A stretch of DNA of 64,000 bases from Bacteroidota bacterium (GCA_031411335.1 JANOAX010000059.1:3071-67070); one strand, 5' to 3'. Positions 1-9,536 are shown, counted from the stretch's first letter. Program-made: numbers and translations. Notes: a model not told the origin generated them from the letters alone.

Positions 1-1
1 G

Positions 2-541
2 AATCGATCTGAAAAATTTAACTCTGCTATGTTCGAAGCTTTTCAGTCGCCTAATTGTCCACCCTTAGCCAATGTTGGAGTGAACGTTGACTACAATCAC
101 GACATCATCGCTAAGCCCAACAAGAAAAAATTAATTGTCCACACTCAACTTGAAACGAGCATTGGTCTGTTCCGACTTTTCCCAGGCATTACTGATGTGT
201 GGTTAAAAAATATTGTAAACATGCCTTCGCTAAAAGCGATTGTGATGGCTACTTATGGAAGTGGCAATGCCCCTAATGATGCTGCATTTATTAAAACACT
301 TTCGGAAGCAATCAAAAAAGGATTGATCGTTATCAATGTTTCACAATGTTCGGGTGGAAGCGTTACTCAAGGAAAATATGCAACGAGCAAACACCTAGAA
401 GAGATGGGTGTTTTAGATGGCGCCGATTTAAATGCAGAAGCAGCGTTAACGAAGTTGATGGTATTGTTGGGACAATATCCGAATGATGCTAAGAAAGTGA
501 AAAAGTTGATGGTGACGAGTCTTTGTGGGGAGATGAGTTAA
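2..541 (+). CDS. ansA: L-asparaginase, type I, C-terminal part (5' end off-window)
   Basis: The frame is open from position 2 to the window edge. The translation (AFQSPNCPPLA ... YGSGNAPNDAAFIKTL ... IVINVSQCSGGSV ... EAALTKLMVLLG) matches the conserved C-terminal half of cytoplasmic-type asparaginases. Confidence 0.8.
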   Translation, partial: NRSEKFNSAMFEAFQSPNCPPLANVGVNVDYNHDIIAKPNKKKLIVHTQLETSIGLFRLFPGITDVWLKNIVNMPSLKAIVMATYGSGNAPNDAAFIKTLSEAIKKGLIVINVSQCSGGSVTQGKYATSKHLEEMGVLDGADLNAEAALTKLMVLLGQYPNDAKKVKKLMVTSLCGEMS

Positions 542-580
542 TTGGTGAATTGGCAAATTGGCGAGTTGGTGAATTGCTGC
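541..580 (+). repeat. Array of five degenerate octamers (A/G)TTGG(T/C)(G/A)A that begins within the ansA stop codon
   Basis: Read directly: ATTGGTGA ATTGGCAA ATTGGCGA GTTGGTGA ATTGCTGC. The same octamer family in the same orientation recurs at 1239-1322, on the other side of osmC. Confidence 0.8.
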
Positions 581-720
581 GCCAAGAAGTCTGTACGGAG
601 TACTGTACTTCTTGGGTAAATTGATATCGTTGTGCTCCCGATGCTTCGGGACGCTGCGTTCGTTGCAAAAACGTTGCGACCGTTGCGTTTAAATTTTTGA
701 TTGAATAGTTTCATATAACA

Positions 721-770
721 AATTAAAAAGGGCAGCAAGTTATTTACTCACTGCCCAATTATTATTTTTC
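721..770. terminator. Bidirectional intrinsic-terminator-like hairpin between convergent ansA and osmC
   Basis: Stem GGGCAG (730-735) pairs with CTGCCC (751-756). It is flanked by an A-run on the left (a T-run on the minus strand) and by TTATTATTTTT on the right. Confidence 0.5.
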
Positions 771-777
771 TGAATAA

Positions 778-1194
778 CTATGCTTCCAACGTTGCATTCA
801 ATGTAATGTCTGCATTTAAAGATTTTGAGATGGGACAATTTTCTTTTGCATTTTGTGCGGCAGCTTCGAATTGCTCGGCTGACATACCAGGAACTTTAGC
901 ATTCACGGTAAGATCCACGGTAGTGATTTTTCCTTGATCTAAAGTCACTTTTGCAGAAGTGTTAATTGATTCAGCAACGAATCCATCAGCTACGATTAAG
1001 AAGCTAAGTTTCATACTAAAGCAACCAGCATGAGCTGCTCCTACGAGTTCTTCCGGATTCGTTCCAACACCTTCTTCAAAGCGTGATCCATAAGAAAATT
1101 GAATATTATTTAATGCAGTACTTTGAGTGCTTACGGTTCCAGTACCTTCTTTTCCAGTACCTTTCCAAGTTGCGGATGCGCGTCTAACGTTCAT
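778..1194 (-). CDS. osmC: OsmC family peroxiredoxin / organic hydroperoxide reductase-like protein
   Basis: 138 aa. N-terminal ASATWKGTGKEGTG and central NPEELVGAAHAGCFSM are typical OsmC-subfamily signatures, including both conserved Cys regions (GCF ... ENCPISK). Confidence 0.85.
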   Translation of the reverse strand: MNVRRASATWKGTGKEGTGTVSTQSTALNNIQFSYGSRFEEGVGTNPEELVGAAHAGCFSMKLSFLIVADGFVAESINTSAKVTLDQGKITTVDLTVNAKVPGMSAEQFEAAAQNAKENCPISKSLNADITLNATLEA

Positions 1195-1237
1195 AATAAA
1201 TTTAGTTTAAATTGTTTTTAGAGATGCAAAGATAGGG

Positions 1238-1360
1238 CAATTGGTGGATTGGTGGTCGCGAAGCCTCGCGAGGTGGATTGGCGAGTTGGTGAGTTGGTGA
1301 GTTGGTAGATTGGTAGGTTGGTGTCGCGAGGCTTCGCGAATGGTGGATTGATGTCGCGAG
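1238..1360. repeat. Composite intergenic repeat made of TTGGTG octamer arrays interrupted by 16-bp palindromic units TCGCGAAGCCTCGCGA / TCGCGAGGCTTCGCGA
   Basis: Octamers AATTGGTG and GATTGGTG span 1239-1254. Palindromic unit at 1256-1271. GGATTGGC, GAGTTGGT x3, AGATTGGT and AGGTTGGT span 1275-1322. The reverse-complement unit is at 1324-1339, followed by a degenerate third unit from 1354. Confidence 0.85.
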
Positions 1361-1646
1361 GGTGCCGTGAGGTTTTACGATGGTTGGCTTTTTGGTCTCA
1401 AGCCCAAGTAGAATGACCAATTCAACTAAAACATCATACCTTGACTTTTGTTGATCAATGATTTACATGTTAGATTTGAAATGTAGTACTTTATGAATTC
1501 AATAAATAGAACGCGGACCCCGCAGTGTTGCGGGACAGGTGACTCGGATTTTTCGGATAAAAGCGGATTTACTAGCGATGATGTAATTTCTATGAAATAC
1601 ACTACCTTCGCACTCCAATTCACGTTTTTTGGACTAAAATATACCC

Positions 1647-1732
<86 letters not shown>

Positions 1733-1734
1733 AA

Positions 1735-1993
1735 CCCAGAAGCAGATCCCGCTAGTCGCGTGCACGCTCCTGGGTTTTGTCGTTTAATAAATAGTAGATC
1801 GAATCGATTGAATTCCCAGAAGCAGATCACGCTATTCGCGTGCACGCTTCTGGGTTTTCCTCCGAAGCAGATCCCACTAGTCGCGTGCACGCTTCTGGGT
1901 TTTTCTCCGAAGCAGAACACGCTAATCGCGGGCACGCTTCTGGGTTTATCTCCGAAGCAGATCCCGCTAGTCGCGGGCACGCTTCTGGGTTTT
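1735..1993 (+). repeat. Five copies of a ~44-bp hairpin repeat (CCCAGAAGC-N24-GCTTCTGGGTTTT); four are exactly tandem with a 45-bp period
   Basis: Copies start at 1735, 1815, 1860, 1905 and 1950. Each has a 9-bp stem (weaker in copies 3-5, whose left arm is CCGAAGC) followed by a T-run. Several loops contain the palindrome GCGTGCACGC. ORFs predicted across this region are translation artefacts of the repeat. Confidence 0.85.
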
Positions 1994-2009
1994 GATTTTT
2001 AAGGCCAAG

Positions 2010-2041
2010 GCGTAGGATCAAGGCATGCCTTGATCCTACGC
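2010..2041. repeat. Perfect 32-bp palindrome (GCGTAGGATCAAGGCA|TGCCTTGATCCTACGC)
   Basis: Read directly. Every base of 2010-2025 pairs with 2026-2041. It lies between the repeat array and the next gene and may act as a terminator or insulator. Confidence 0.8.
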
Positions 2042-2140
2042 TTTCAATGCCTACAAATTGGGAGCATTCACCAAAATCTTTGTCGTATGTTGCTATTTCC
2101 TTACTAAAACTTATTACTTTTCCATTTCAATACAACAACC

Positions 2141-4762
2141 ATGAATTACTTTTACAAACTTGTCACGCCGCATTGCAGGAATCTCAAACCTCTTTTGCTT
2201 TTAATTACAGCAGTATTTTTTCTAACTCATACGGTCAAAGCACAACCTTGTGGTGTAGAAGCTAAAATTAATATTCAAGGTGGTTCTGCTACCTGTGTGT
2301 ATTTTGCTGATACGTCAGGTTTTCAACCAGGATGGATCGGATATAAATATGTATGGAAAATTAATGACTCTTCACCTATCACTCAATATTCAAATCCAGC
2401 CATTTTTTATGATCAATTGGGTGCAGGATTCAACCGAATACAGTTAATTGTTTATGGAACGAATCCATCTACCAATGATAGTTGTATTGATGAATACACA
2501 AATATATTTCAGGCTACCGGTGATGCCATCTATCCGGAGTTTAATGTATCGGTAAATGGAAATACAGTGACTTTCAGCGGGGTTTATAAAGGCGGTCCTT
2601 ACCTCTCATCTCCTTCCCTTGTTATGTACGATTTTGGAGACGGAACTCAATCTACTTCCAACTCTTTTAGTGAATCTCATACTTATGCGAATGCCGGCTC
2701 AAAAACGGTTTATCTGTATGTTCAATCTTACAACGCTGCCACCTTTGCAATAGTAAATGGGCAAACTTTTAAAGATATTAATATTGGTACGGGAGCTTCC
2801 AATTTAGTATTTACCAACGTTCAAAACAACACGATTTGTGATTCGGTAAGCATTTATTCATCAAGTTCTCCGGCTTACACTTTTGGAGAATTTCAAGAAA
2901 ATTTTGGTGTGATTGGAAACACTCCTGTCCATGGTAGTTATGTACATGCTAATATGATCGATGTGCCAGGTCATGATTTTGTTGGAATCGAAGCAGGAGC
3001 TGCAGGATCAGCTTATGACAAAGTATTTCATTTGGTTAATTTAAACGATTGTGGCATCATACCCGACACCGTGAGCGGTTATGTTTTTGATGATTTAAAT
3101 TACAATGGAATCAAAGAACCCGGCGAACCCGGAATAGAAGGTATCAGCTTGCGGATTGAATCCTATTGTAATGCGGTCAGTTCTTCAACCCAATTTGCAG
3201 TATATAGTACGGAAACCGATACCGGAGGATATTACAGCATTCTTGTTCCACACCACGATGTACAATTGGTCTTGTTACAATCCTCCGGTTATACGCTTAC
3301 TTATCCAGCCGCCTCTTATTATAGCGTGAATTATACTTCCGGCACAATGCATACCGGACATGATTTTGGATTGTCAGCTTTATCACTACATATTTGCGGA
3401 AACACCTATCTTGACTATAATAACGATAGTTTAAATAACACGGGCGATCTTCCTTTGCAAAGCGTAATGTTAACTGCCACTAATACGATCACAGGATTAG
3501 TTTACCATACCTATTCAAGTCAAAATGGAACGTATTGCTTCGACCTCCCCCCCGGAAATTTTGTAGTGAGACCCGTTTCTTCTCCCCTTGACAGCGCTAC
3601 ATTTACTCCGGATAGTTTAATCGTTAATGGTGGCACAGGCGGAAACTACAACAGTCGTAATTTCGGCTATCGAAGTCCAGTGCCTACTGATTTTAATCTC
3701 CGCTTAGTCACTGCTGATGATGCAAGACCAGGATTCGATTTTAATTTATCGTGTGGATTAATTAACTCCGGTTATATCAAAGGAAAAGGGATTCTCGTAT
3801 TAAATTATGATCCGCTGTTAACGCCATTAATTGTTACTCCAGCGAATGGAATCATCAATACCGTTGCATACACTGTGACGTGGACAACAGATTCCATTTC
3901 TCCAGGTTCATCAAGGAATTATAATGCATTGTTTAATCTGCCTGCATCTACACCGTTGGGAACTATTTTAATTAACAGCGCAACTATTACAGGAACTCCT
4001 GGAACGTTGGAGTATGATTTCACCGATAACACAAGCAATCTTATTAAAACTGTTATTGGTTCTTTCGATCCGAACGACAAAAAAGTAACACCAGAAGGTC
4101 TTGGTGCAACTGGAGATGTTTTACATAATACGCATTTCGACTATCGAATTCGTTTTCAAAATACAGGTACTGCATCTGCCATTAATGTTTTTGTAATGGA
4201 TACTATTGATAGTAACCTTGATCTTAACACACTCGTGATTCACCGCACTAGTCATAATTATGATTTGGTGATCAATGGAAATATTCTCACATGGCGTTTC
4301 TTTAACATCAACCTTCCTGATAGCAACACGAACGAACCTGCAAGTCATGGATTCATTGAGTATAGCATCTTACCAAAACCCGGACTTGCAGATGGAACGA
4401 CCATCGAAAATGTAGCTGCTATTTATTTCGATTTCAACGCACCTGTGATTACGAATACTACTCTCAATACCATGCAATCATCGTTGGCGAGTATTGAAAA
4501 TATTGATGCAAATGATCAGTTGTTGGTTTTTCCGAATCCTGCCACACAAGACATAACCATTCTACCTCGATTTGAAATTTCAGGTAGGGTTGATGTGTCT
4601 GTGCTTGACATTTTAGGTAAACACATTCAAACCGTTTATCATGGAGAGTTTGTAAAATCATCTTCCTTTAAAGCAGATGTTAGCAAACTCAGCAAAGGAA
4701 TGTATCTGTTGCGTATACAACATAAAGGTGGTATTTCGCAGGTAAAATGGATTAAAAAATAG
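2141..4762 (+). CDS. Secreted multidomain surface protein (PKD-like, SdrD/Cna B-type, conserved repeat domain) with T9SS type A C-terminal sorting domain
   Basis: Signal peptide ends in VKAQ. GYVFDDLNYNGIKEPGEPGIEGISL is an SdrD B-like motif. FDPNDKKVTPEG ... RFQNTGTASAINVFVMDTID ... ASHGFIEYSILPK is the common Bacteroidota conserved repeat domain. The C-terminus LLVFPNPATQDITIL ... GMYLLRIQHKGGISQVKWIKK is a type A sorting domain. Confidence 0.8.
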   Translation: MNYFYKLVTPHCRNLKPLLLLITAVFFLTHTVKAQPCGVEAKINIQGGSATCVYFADTSGFQPGWIGYKYVWKINDSSPITQYSNPAIFYDQLGAGFNRIQLIVYGTNPSTNDSCIDEYTNIFQATGDAIYPEFNVSVNGNTVTFSGVYKGGPYLSSPSLVMYDFGDGTQSTSNSFSESHTYANAGSKTVYLYVQSYNAATFAIVNGQTFKDINIGTGASNLVFTNVQNNTICDSVSIYSSSSPAYTFGEFQENFGVIGNTPVHGSYVHANMIDVPGHDFVGIEAGAAGSAYDKVFHLVNLNDCGIIPDTVSGYVFDDLNYNGIKEPGEPGIEGISLRIESYCNAVSSSTQFAVYSTETDTGGYYSILVPHHDVQLVLLQSSGYTLTYPAASYYSVNYTSGTMHTGHDFGLSALSLHICGNTYLDYNNDSLNNTGDLPLQSVMLTATNTITGLVYHTYSSQNGTYCFDLPPGNFVVRPVSSPLDSATFTPDSLIVNGGTGGNYNSRNFGYRSPVPTDFNLRLVTADDARPGFDFNLSCGLINSGYIKGKGILVLNYDPLLTPLIVTPANGIINTVAYTVTWTTDSISPGSSRNYNALFNLPASTPLGTILINSATITGTPGTLEYDFTDNTSNLIKTVIGSFDPNDKKVTPEGLGATGDVLHNTHFDYRIRFQNTGTASAINVFVMDTIDSNLDLNTLVIHRTSHNYDLVINGNILTWRFFNINLPDSNTNEPASHGFIEYSILPKPGLADGTTIENVAAIYFDFNAPVITNTTLNTMQSSLASIENIDANDQLLVFPNPATQDITILPRFEISGRVDVSVLDILGKHIQTVYHGEFVKSSSFKADVSKLSKGMYLLRIQHKGGISQVKWIKK

Positions 4763-4774
4763 TTAAAAATCCTC

Positions 4775-4824
4775 CCCCAGAAGCGTTCCCGCTTTTTAGC
4801 GGGATCTGCTTCTGGGGTTTTTTT
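4775..4824 (+). terminator. Intrinsic terminator; an inverted-orientation member of the tRNA-adjacent hairpin repeat family
   Basis: CCCCAGAAGC (4775-4784) pairs with GCTTCTGGGG (4808-4817) and is followed by T7. Its reverse complement shares CCCAGAAGCAGATCCCGCTA and ACGCTTCTGGG with the 1735-1993 repeats. Confidence 0.75.
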
Positions 4825-4867
4825 AATAATTGATGGGTTCGGTTTATAGATTTTAATATCTTTCCCC

Positions 4868-7800
4868 ATGCTTAAACGTTACCTCCTACTTATACTGTTT
4901 TTCCATTCTTTACTGAATCTCAACGCTCAACAAATTACTATTTCTGGAACTGTCGTCGCTGTTGATGATGGGTCGGCGCTTCCTGGAGTTAGTATTGTGG
5001 TAAAAGGTTCAACCCTGGGAACTATTACTGACTTGGATGGAAAATATTCCATTGTGATTTCGTCAGGAAAAGATTCGTTGCAGTTCTCCTATCTCGGAAT
5101 GATGACACAGTTAATCGCTATTAATAATCAAGTGGTGATTAATGTGAAGATGGTGGCGAATCAAAAAAACATGAATGAAGTAGTGGTAACTGCCTTAGGA
5201 ATAAAACGCGAAAAGAAAGCACTTGGCTATTCCGTGCAGGAGATAAAAGGAATGGAGATGCAGACGGCCAGAGATGCGAGTTTTATTAATCAACTATCTG
5301 GAAAAGTAGCGGGACTTAATATTACTTCTACAACCGGTGGACCTGGATCTTCGAGTCGGATTGTTTTACGTGGCGTAACATCACTCAGTGGAAGTAATCA
5401 AGCACTGATTGTGATTGATGGAGTACCGATGGAAAATAATACATCCAATAATACGACACAATGGGGAGGACGCGATTATGGAAATGGATTGAGTGATATA
5501 AATCCAGATGATATTGAATCGGTGAGTGTATTAAAAGGAGCCAACGCTGCTGCACTTTATGGTTCACTCGCAGCAAATGGTGTGATCGTAATCACCACTA
5601 AAAAAGGAACTGTGTCAAAAGGAATTGGTGTTACTTTTAATAGTTCAACTACGGTGGAACTTCCTTACATCCACATAAAATTTCAAGATGTTTATGGTGC
5701 AGGACGCAATGGAAAATTTGAAGGTCCGTGGACCACGGTGAATGGAATTCCTACTTACAATACCGCAAGTGCAAATGCATTTGGAAGTTGGGGTCCGAAG
5801 ATGGAAGGACAAACCATTCGCGATTGGGATGGGCAAGTGCGTGCATTCAATCCTGAGCCTGACAACTACAAATCCTATTTCCAAACGGGAGTGACGGGAG
5901 TAAATAATATTTCGTTGCAAGGTGGCAGTGACAAAGTAACGTACCGCCTATCCGCAGGAAATTTTACTACGAAAGATATTGTTCCAAACACGACATTAAA
6001 TCGTACCAATGTAACAGCAAGAACCGCCGCAGCCATCTCCGAAAAATTAAGCATTGATGTGTCGGTCACGTACAGCAATCAAGTTGCCGAAAACCGACTT
6101 GGACTTGCTAATAGTTTTAGTGCACCAAGAAATTATGTGATGATGCCGCGCAACATTAGTGCTGCTTCTCTTGAAAATTACATGATGGATGCGAGTGGAA
6201 AAGAAAAAACCTGGTTTACCAATTGGAACTGGATGACCAATCCGTATTGGCAAAGAAAATATGAGTTAAATTCGGATAGCCGCGACCGTTTGATTGGAAT
6301 TGTATCGGCCAGTTATCAAATTCTTCCTCGACTTAGAGGGATGATTCGTTCGAATGCTGATTTTAATTTCCGCAGAAACGATGAGCGCGAAGCTTATAAT
6401 GGAATTTCGAATTCAATGGGATCTTTTTCCAATGGATGGTCGACGTATAAACAATATCAAAGTGATTTTCTTTTTACTTATGATAATCAAATTACAGATG
6501 ATTTAACGTATGTATTAAACTTAGGCGGAAGTACATTGCAAAAACGCGACGAGACCACTACAGAACGCACGGATGGAGGATTAGCCATTCCTTATTTCTA
6601 TAGTATTGAAAACAGCGTAAATCGTCCGACAGTGAGCCATCGCTTAACCGAAAGTAGGACTAACGGATTGTATTCCTTCGTGCAGTTTTCATACAAGACC
6701 TGGCTTTTCTTAGATGTGACTGCGCGCAACGATTGGAGTAGCACTTTACCAAAATCCAGCCGCTCCTATTTTTATCCCTCGGTGAGTTCTGGATTTGTTT
6801 TTACCGAAGCCTTGGATTGGAAACAAAATATATTATCCTTCGGAAAGCTACGCGCGTCGTGGGCACAAGTGGGTAGAGATACCGATCCCTATCGCACCAA
6901 CTACTCTTATCCTGCTGCAGGATCCTTCAATGGTGCACCCATGTATCAATTGGATCCATCCATTCCTTTACTTAATTTAAAACCAGAAATTACATCAAAT
7001 ATAGAATTCGGAACAGAACTTATTTTTTTCAATAATCGAATTGGTATTGATGTTACCTATTATCGTTCCAATACCAAAAATCAAATTTTACCGGCCAGTG
7101 TTTCTGCTTCCAGTGGATTTGTGAATGCCATTATCAACAGCGGTGAAATCATGAACAAGGGAATTGAAATACAATTAAAAACCAAACCCATCGAAACCAA
7201 AAATTTCCGCTGGAATTTAGATTTCAACTTTGCACATAACAAAAACGAGGTCGTAGCCTTGACCAATGGTTTAGAAACCTACCAACTTTTTTATCAATGG
7301 AATCTTACGATTGAAGCACGTCCCGGACATGCTTACGGTGATATTGTAGGATATGGAATCAAGCGTGATGCCAATGGAAACAAATTGGTAGATGAAAACG
7401 GATTATACATTCGCGATTCAAAACCGAAAGTATTGGGCAACTATAATCCTAAATTTACGGGTGGAGTACAAAATGGATTTAATTATAAAAATTTCTCCAT
7501 GGCTTTCTTAGTTGATTATCGCGTAGGTGGCGATATGTTTAGTGGAACCAATATGTATGCGAGTGGCTATTCTGGAAATTTAGAAAGCACATTAGAAGGA
7601 CGCGATGCATGGTATGCTTCCGAAGCAGATCGAATTGCAGCGGGAGTTTCACCTGAGAATTGGGTTGCTACTGGAGGATATCTTGCAGATGGTGTTACTG
7701 AAAGTGGTGCTGTGAATTCAATTTATGTAAATCCAGAATTATATTGGGGACAATTTTCTGAATGGACCAATGAGATTCACGAAGAATTTATTTACGACGC

Positions 7801-8041
7801 CAGCTTCGTAAAATTACGTGAAGTAACAATAGGATATCAGTTCCCATCACGCATCAGTGATCGCATGCATCTCCGAGGACTCAGTGTCGCATTAACAGCT
7901 CGCAATCTCTGGCTCATTTACAGCGGCGCACCTAACATTGATCCTGAATCATCTTATTCGAATGGTAACGGTCAGGGCTATGAGATTTATTCATGGCCTA
8001 CTCGCAGAAGCATTGGTGTTAACATTAAAATTACTCTTTGA
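4868..8041 (+). CDS. SusC/RagA family TonB-linked outer membrane protein
   Basis: 1057 aa with a signal peptide. CarboxypepD_reg-like start ITISGTVVAVDDGSALPGVSIVVKGSTLGTITDLDGKYSI. Plug region NEVVVTALGIKREKKALGYSVQEIKG. It is followed immediately by a SusD-like gene. Confidence 0.9.
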   Translation: MLKRYLLLILFFHSLLNLNAQQITISGTVVAVDDGSALPGVSIVVKGSTLGTITDLDGKYSIVISSGKDSLQFSYLGMMTQLIAINNQVVINVKMVANQKNMNEVVVTALGIKREKKALGYSVQEIKGMEMQTARDASFINQLSGKVAGLNITSTTGGPGSSSRIVLRGVTSLSGSNQALIVIDGVPMENNTSNNTTQWGGRDYGNGLSDINPDDIESVSVLKGANAAALYGSLAANGVIVITTKKGTVSKGIGVTFNSSTTVELPYIHIKFQDVYGAGRNGKFEGPWTTVNGIPTYNTASANAFGSWGPKMEGQTIRDWDGQVRAFNPEPDNYKSYFQTGVTGVNNISLQGGSDKVTYRLSAGNFTTKDIVPNTTLNRTNVTARTAAAISEKLSIDVSVTYSNQVAENRLGLANSFSAPRNYVMMPRNISAASLENYMMDASGKEKTWFTNWNWMTNPYWQRKYELNSDSRDRLIGIVSASYQILPRLRGMIRSNADFNFRRNDEREAYNGISNSMGSFSNGWSTYKQYQSDFLFTYDNQITDDLTYVLNLGGSTLQKRDETTTERTDGGLAIPYFYSIENSVNRPTVSHRLTESRTNGLYSFVQFSYKTWLFLDVTARNDWSSTLPKSSRSYFYPSVSSGFVFTEALDWKQNILSFGKLRASWAQVGRDTDPYRTNYSYPAAGSFNGAPMYQLDPSIPLLNLKPEITSNIEFGTELIFFNNRIGIDVTYYRSNTKNQILPASVSASSGFVNAIINSGEIMNKGIEIQLKTKPIETKNFRWNLDFNFAHNKNEVVALTNGLETYQLFYQWNLTIEARPGHAYGDIVGYGIKRDANGNKLVDENGLYIRDSKPKVLGNYNPKFTGGVQNGFNYKNFSMAFLVDYRVGGDMFSGTNMYASGYSGNLESTLEGRDAWYASEADRIAAGVSPENWVATGGYLADGVTESGAVNSIYVNPELYWGQFSEWTNEIHEEFIYDASFVKLREVTIGYQFPSRISDRMHLRGLSVALTARNLWLIYSGAPNIDPESSYSNGNGQGYEIYSWPTRRSIGVNIKITL

Positions 8042-8051
8042 TCCCATCCAC

Positions 8052-9536
8052 ATGAAAAATAAATTCACTCCTTCCCTCCTATTCATTGTTCTCTTTTTAT
8101 TGATGGCTCCGTCAGCTTGCAAGAAAAGCATGGACGAATTAAATGTAAATCCGAACTCGCCAACGACTACTAATCCTGATTATCTCTTTACTTATTCTTT
8201 AGTGAAGGGAATGAATAGTTACATCACCAATGCCAATGTTCATTATTGGTTGATGATGAATTGGAATATGTACTTTGCCAATTTAGGAGGAGTGGATGCT
8301 GGAAAGGAATACGATAGTAACGATGGCAAAGATGCTTTTTGGACAGAGCATTATGCTCAAGCTTTGATGAATGCGCGCGAAGTACAACGTCTCACAGCTG
8401 GCAACACCTATCTCATCAACAAAAATAGCATCGCTAGAATTTGGCAAGTGTATTTATTTTCACAACTAACAGATTTATTTGGCGACATTCCGTATTCACA
8501 AGCACTACAAGGTGCAACGGGATTAAACTTCACTCCGGCTTATGATCGACAACTAACTATTTATCCTGCGCTTATCAATGAATTAAAACAAGCTACGGCA
8601 GCGATGGATCCAACGCAAGCCTTATTTCCAACGAATGTAGATCCGATTTATCAGGGCAATCTTTCTAAATGGACGAAACTTGCCAATTCCCTTCGTCTTC
8701 GTTTAGCGATGCGTATGAGTGTAGTAGATCCCACCAAAGCACAACAAGAAATTGCAGATTTACAAAATGTCTCGTTCATTTCTACAAACAGTGAGAACGC
8801 CATCTTTCGTTACAATGGAGAAATTCGCAATCCTTTATATGATTTAATACAAAGTGGACAAAGTGGTGGCAGAACGTATCCGAGCAAATTTTTAATTGAC
8901 AAATTAAAATCAACGAACGATCCGCGCATCGGAGTATTTGCACAAGTTACCACAGAATCCATTATCATCGGAATTCCCGATTATGAAGGAGTACCAAATT
9001 TAGTTCCTTCCAACTCATCCATATGGGGGAACTACAATACCGATGCATCCGATGTTTCCAAAATAGGAACTTGGTTTTTAAAACAAGATGCGCCTGGGGT
9101 CTTGATGAGTTTAGCAGAAGTAAACTTCCTTAAAGCCGAAGCTGCATTGAACGGATGGTGGAGCGGTAATGCGCAACAGTTATACGAAGATGGGGTGACG
9201 GCTAGTATTCAATCTTACACTGGTTCGGGCATTACAGCAGGCCAAATAACAAATTACGTTGCCTCACTTCCGCCTGTCAATCAAGAAAACATCATTACGC
9301 AAAAATGGATTTCCTTTACTTTTCAAAACGGGTACGAAGCCTATGCAGAATATCGCCGGACTGGATTTCCAACTTATACTGATTACTCAGGAAATCCCAT
9401 CAACACAAATGTATTTCCTAACCGACTTACCTATCCTCCAACAGAAAGTAACTTAAATTCGGCGAACTATAATGCAGCAATATCCAATCAAGGAGCGGAT
9501 GTGGCAGGGACGAAGGTTTGGTGGGACGGGAATTAA
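8052..9536 (+). CDS. SusD/RagB family nutrient-binding outer membrane lipoprotein
   Basis: The start was moved to the ATG at 8052 (MKNKFTPSLLFIVLFLLMAPSAC, with a lipoprotein Cys). Typical SusD features are present (NPDYLF ... LRLRLAMR ... AEAYAEYRRTGFP). The position is directly after SusC. Confidence 0.85.
   Translation: MKNKFTPSLLFIVLFLLMAPSACKKSMDELNVNPNSPTTTNPDYLFTYSLVKGMNSYITNANVHYWLMMNWNMYFANLGGVDAGKEYDSNDGKDAFWTEHYAQALMNAREVQRLTAGNTYLINKNSIARIWQVYLFSQLTDLFGDIPYSQALQGATGLNFTPAYDRQLTIYPALINELKQATAAMDPTQALFPTNVDPIYQGNLSKWTKLANSLRLRLAMRMSVVDPTKAQQEIADLQNVSFISTNSENAIFRYNGEIRNPLYDLIQSGQSGGRTYPSKFLIDKLKSTNDPRIGVFAQVTTESIIIGIPDYEGVPNLVPSNSSIWGNYNTDASDVSKIGTWFLKQDAPGVLMSLAEVNFLKAEAALNGWWSGNAQQLYEDGVTASIQSYTGSGITAGQITNYVASLPPVNQENIITQKWISFTFQNGYEAYAEYRRTGFPTYTDYSGNPINTNVFPNRLTYPPTESNLNSANYNAAISNQGADVAGTKVWWDGN

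Noticed and set aside
1735-1993. Possible CRISPR array, because of regularly spaced ~45-bp repeats
   Set aside because: The units are directly abutting copies of the same sequence with no unique spacers. Each is a terminator-like hairpin, and no cas genes are present in the window.
7938-8051. N-terminal 38-aa extension of the SusD-like ORF overlapping the end of SusC
   Set aside because: The extension has no signal peptide and overlaps SusC by about 100 bp. The internal ATG at 8052 gives a textbook lipoprotein signal (LLMAPSAC).
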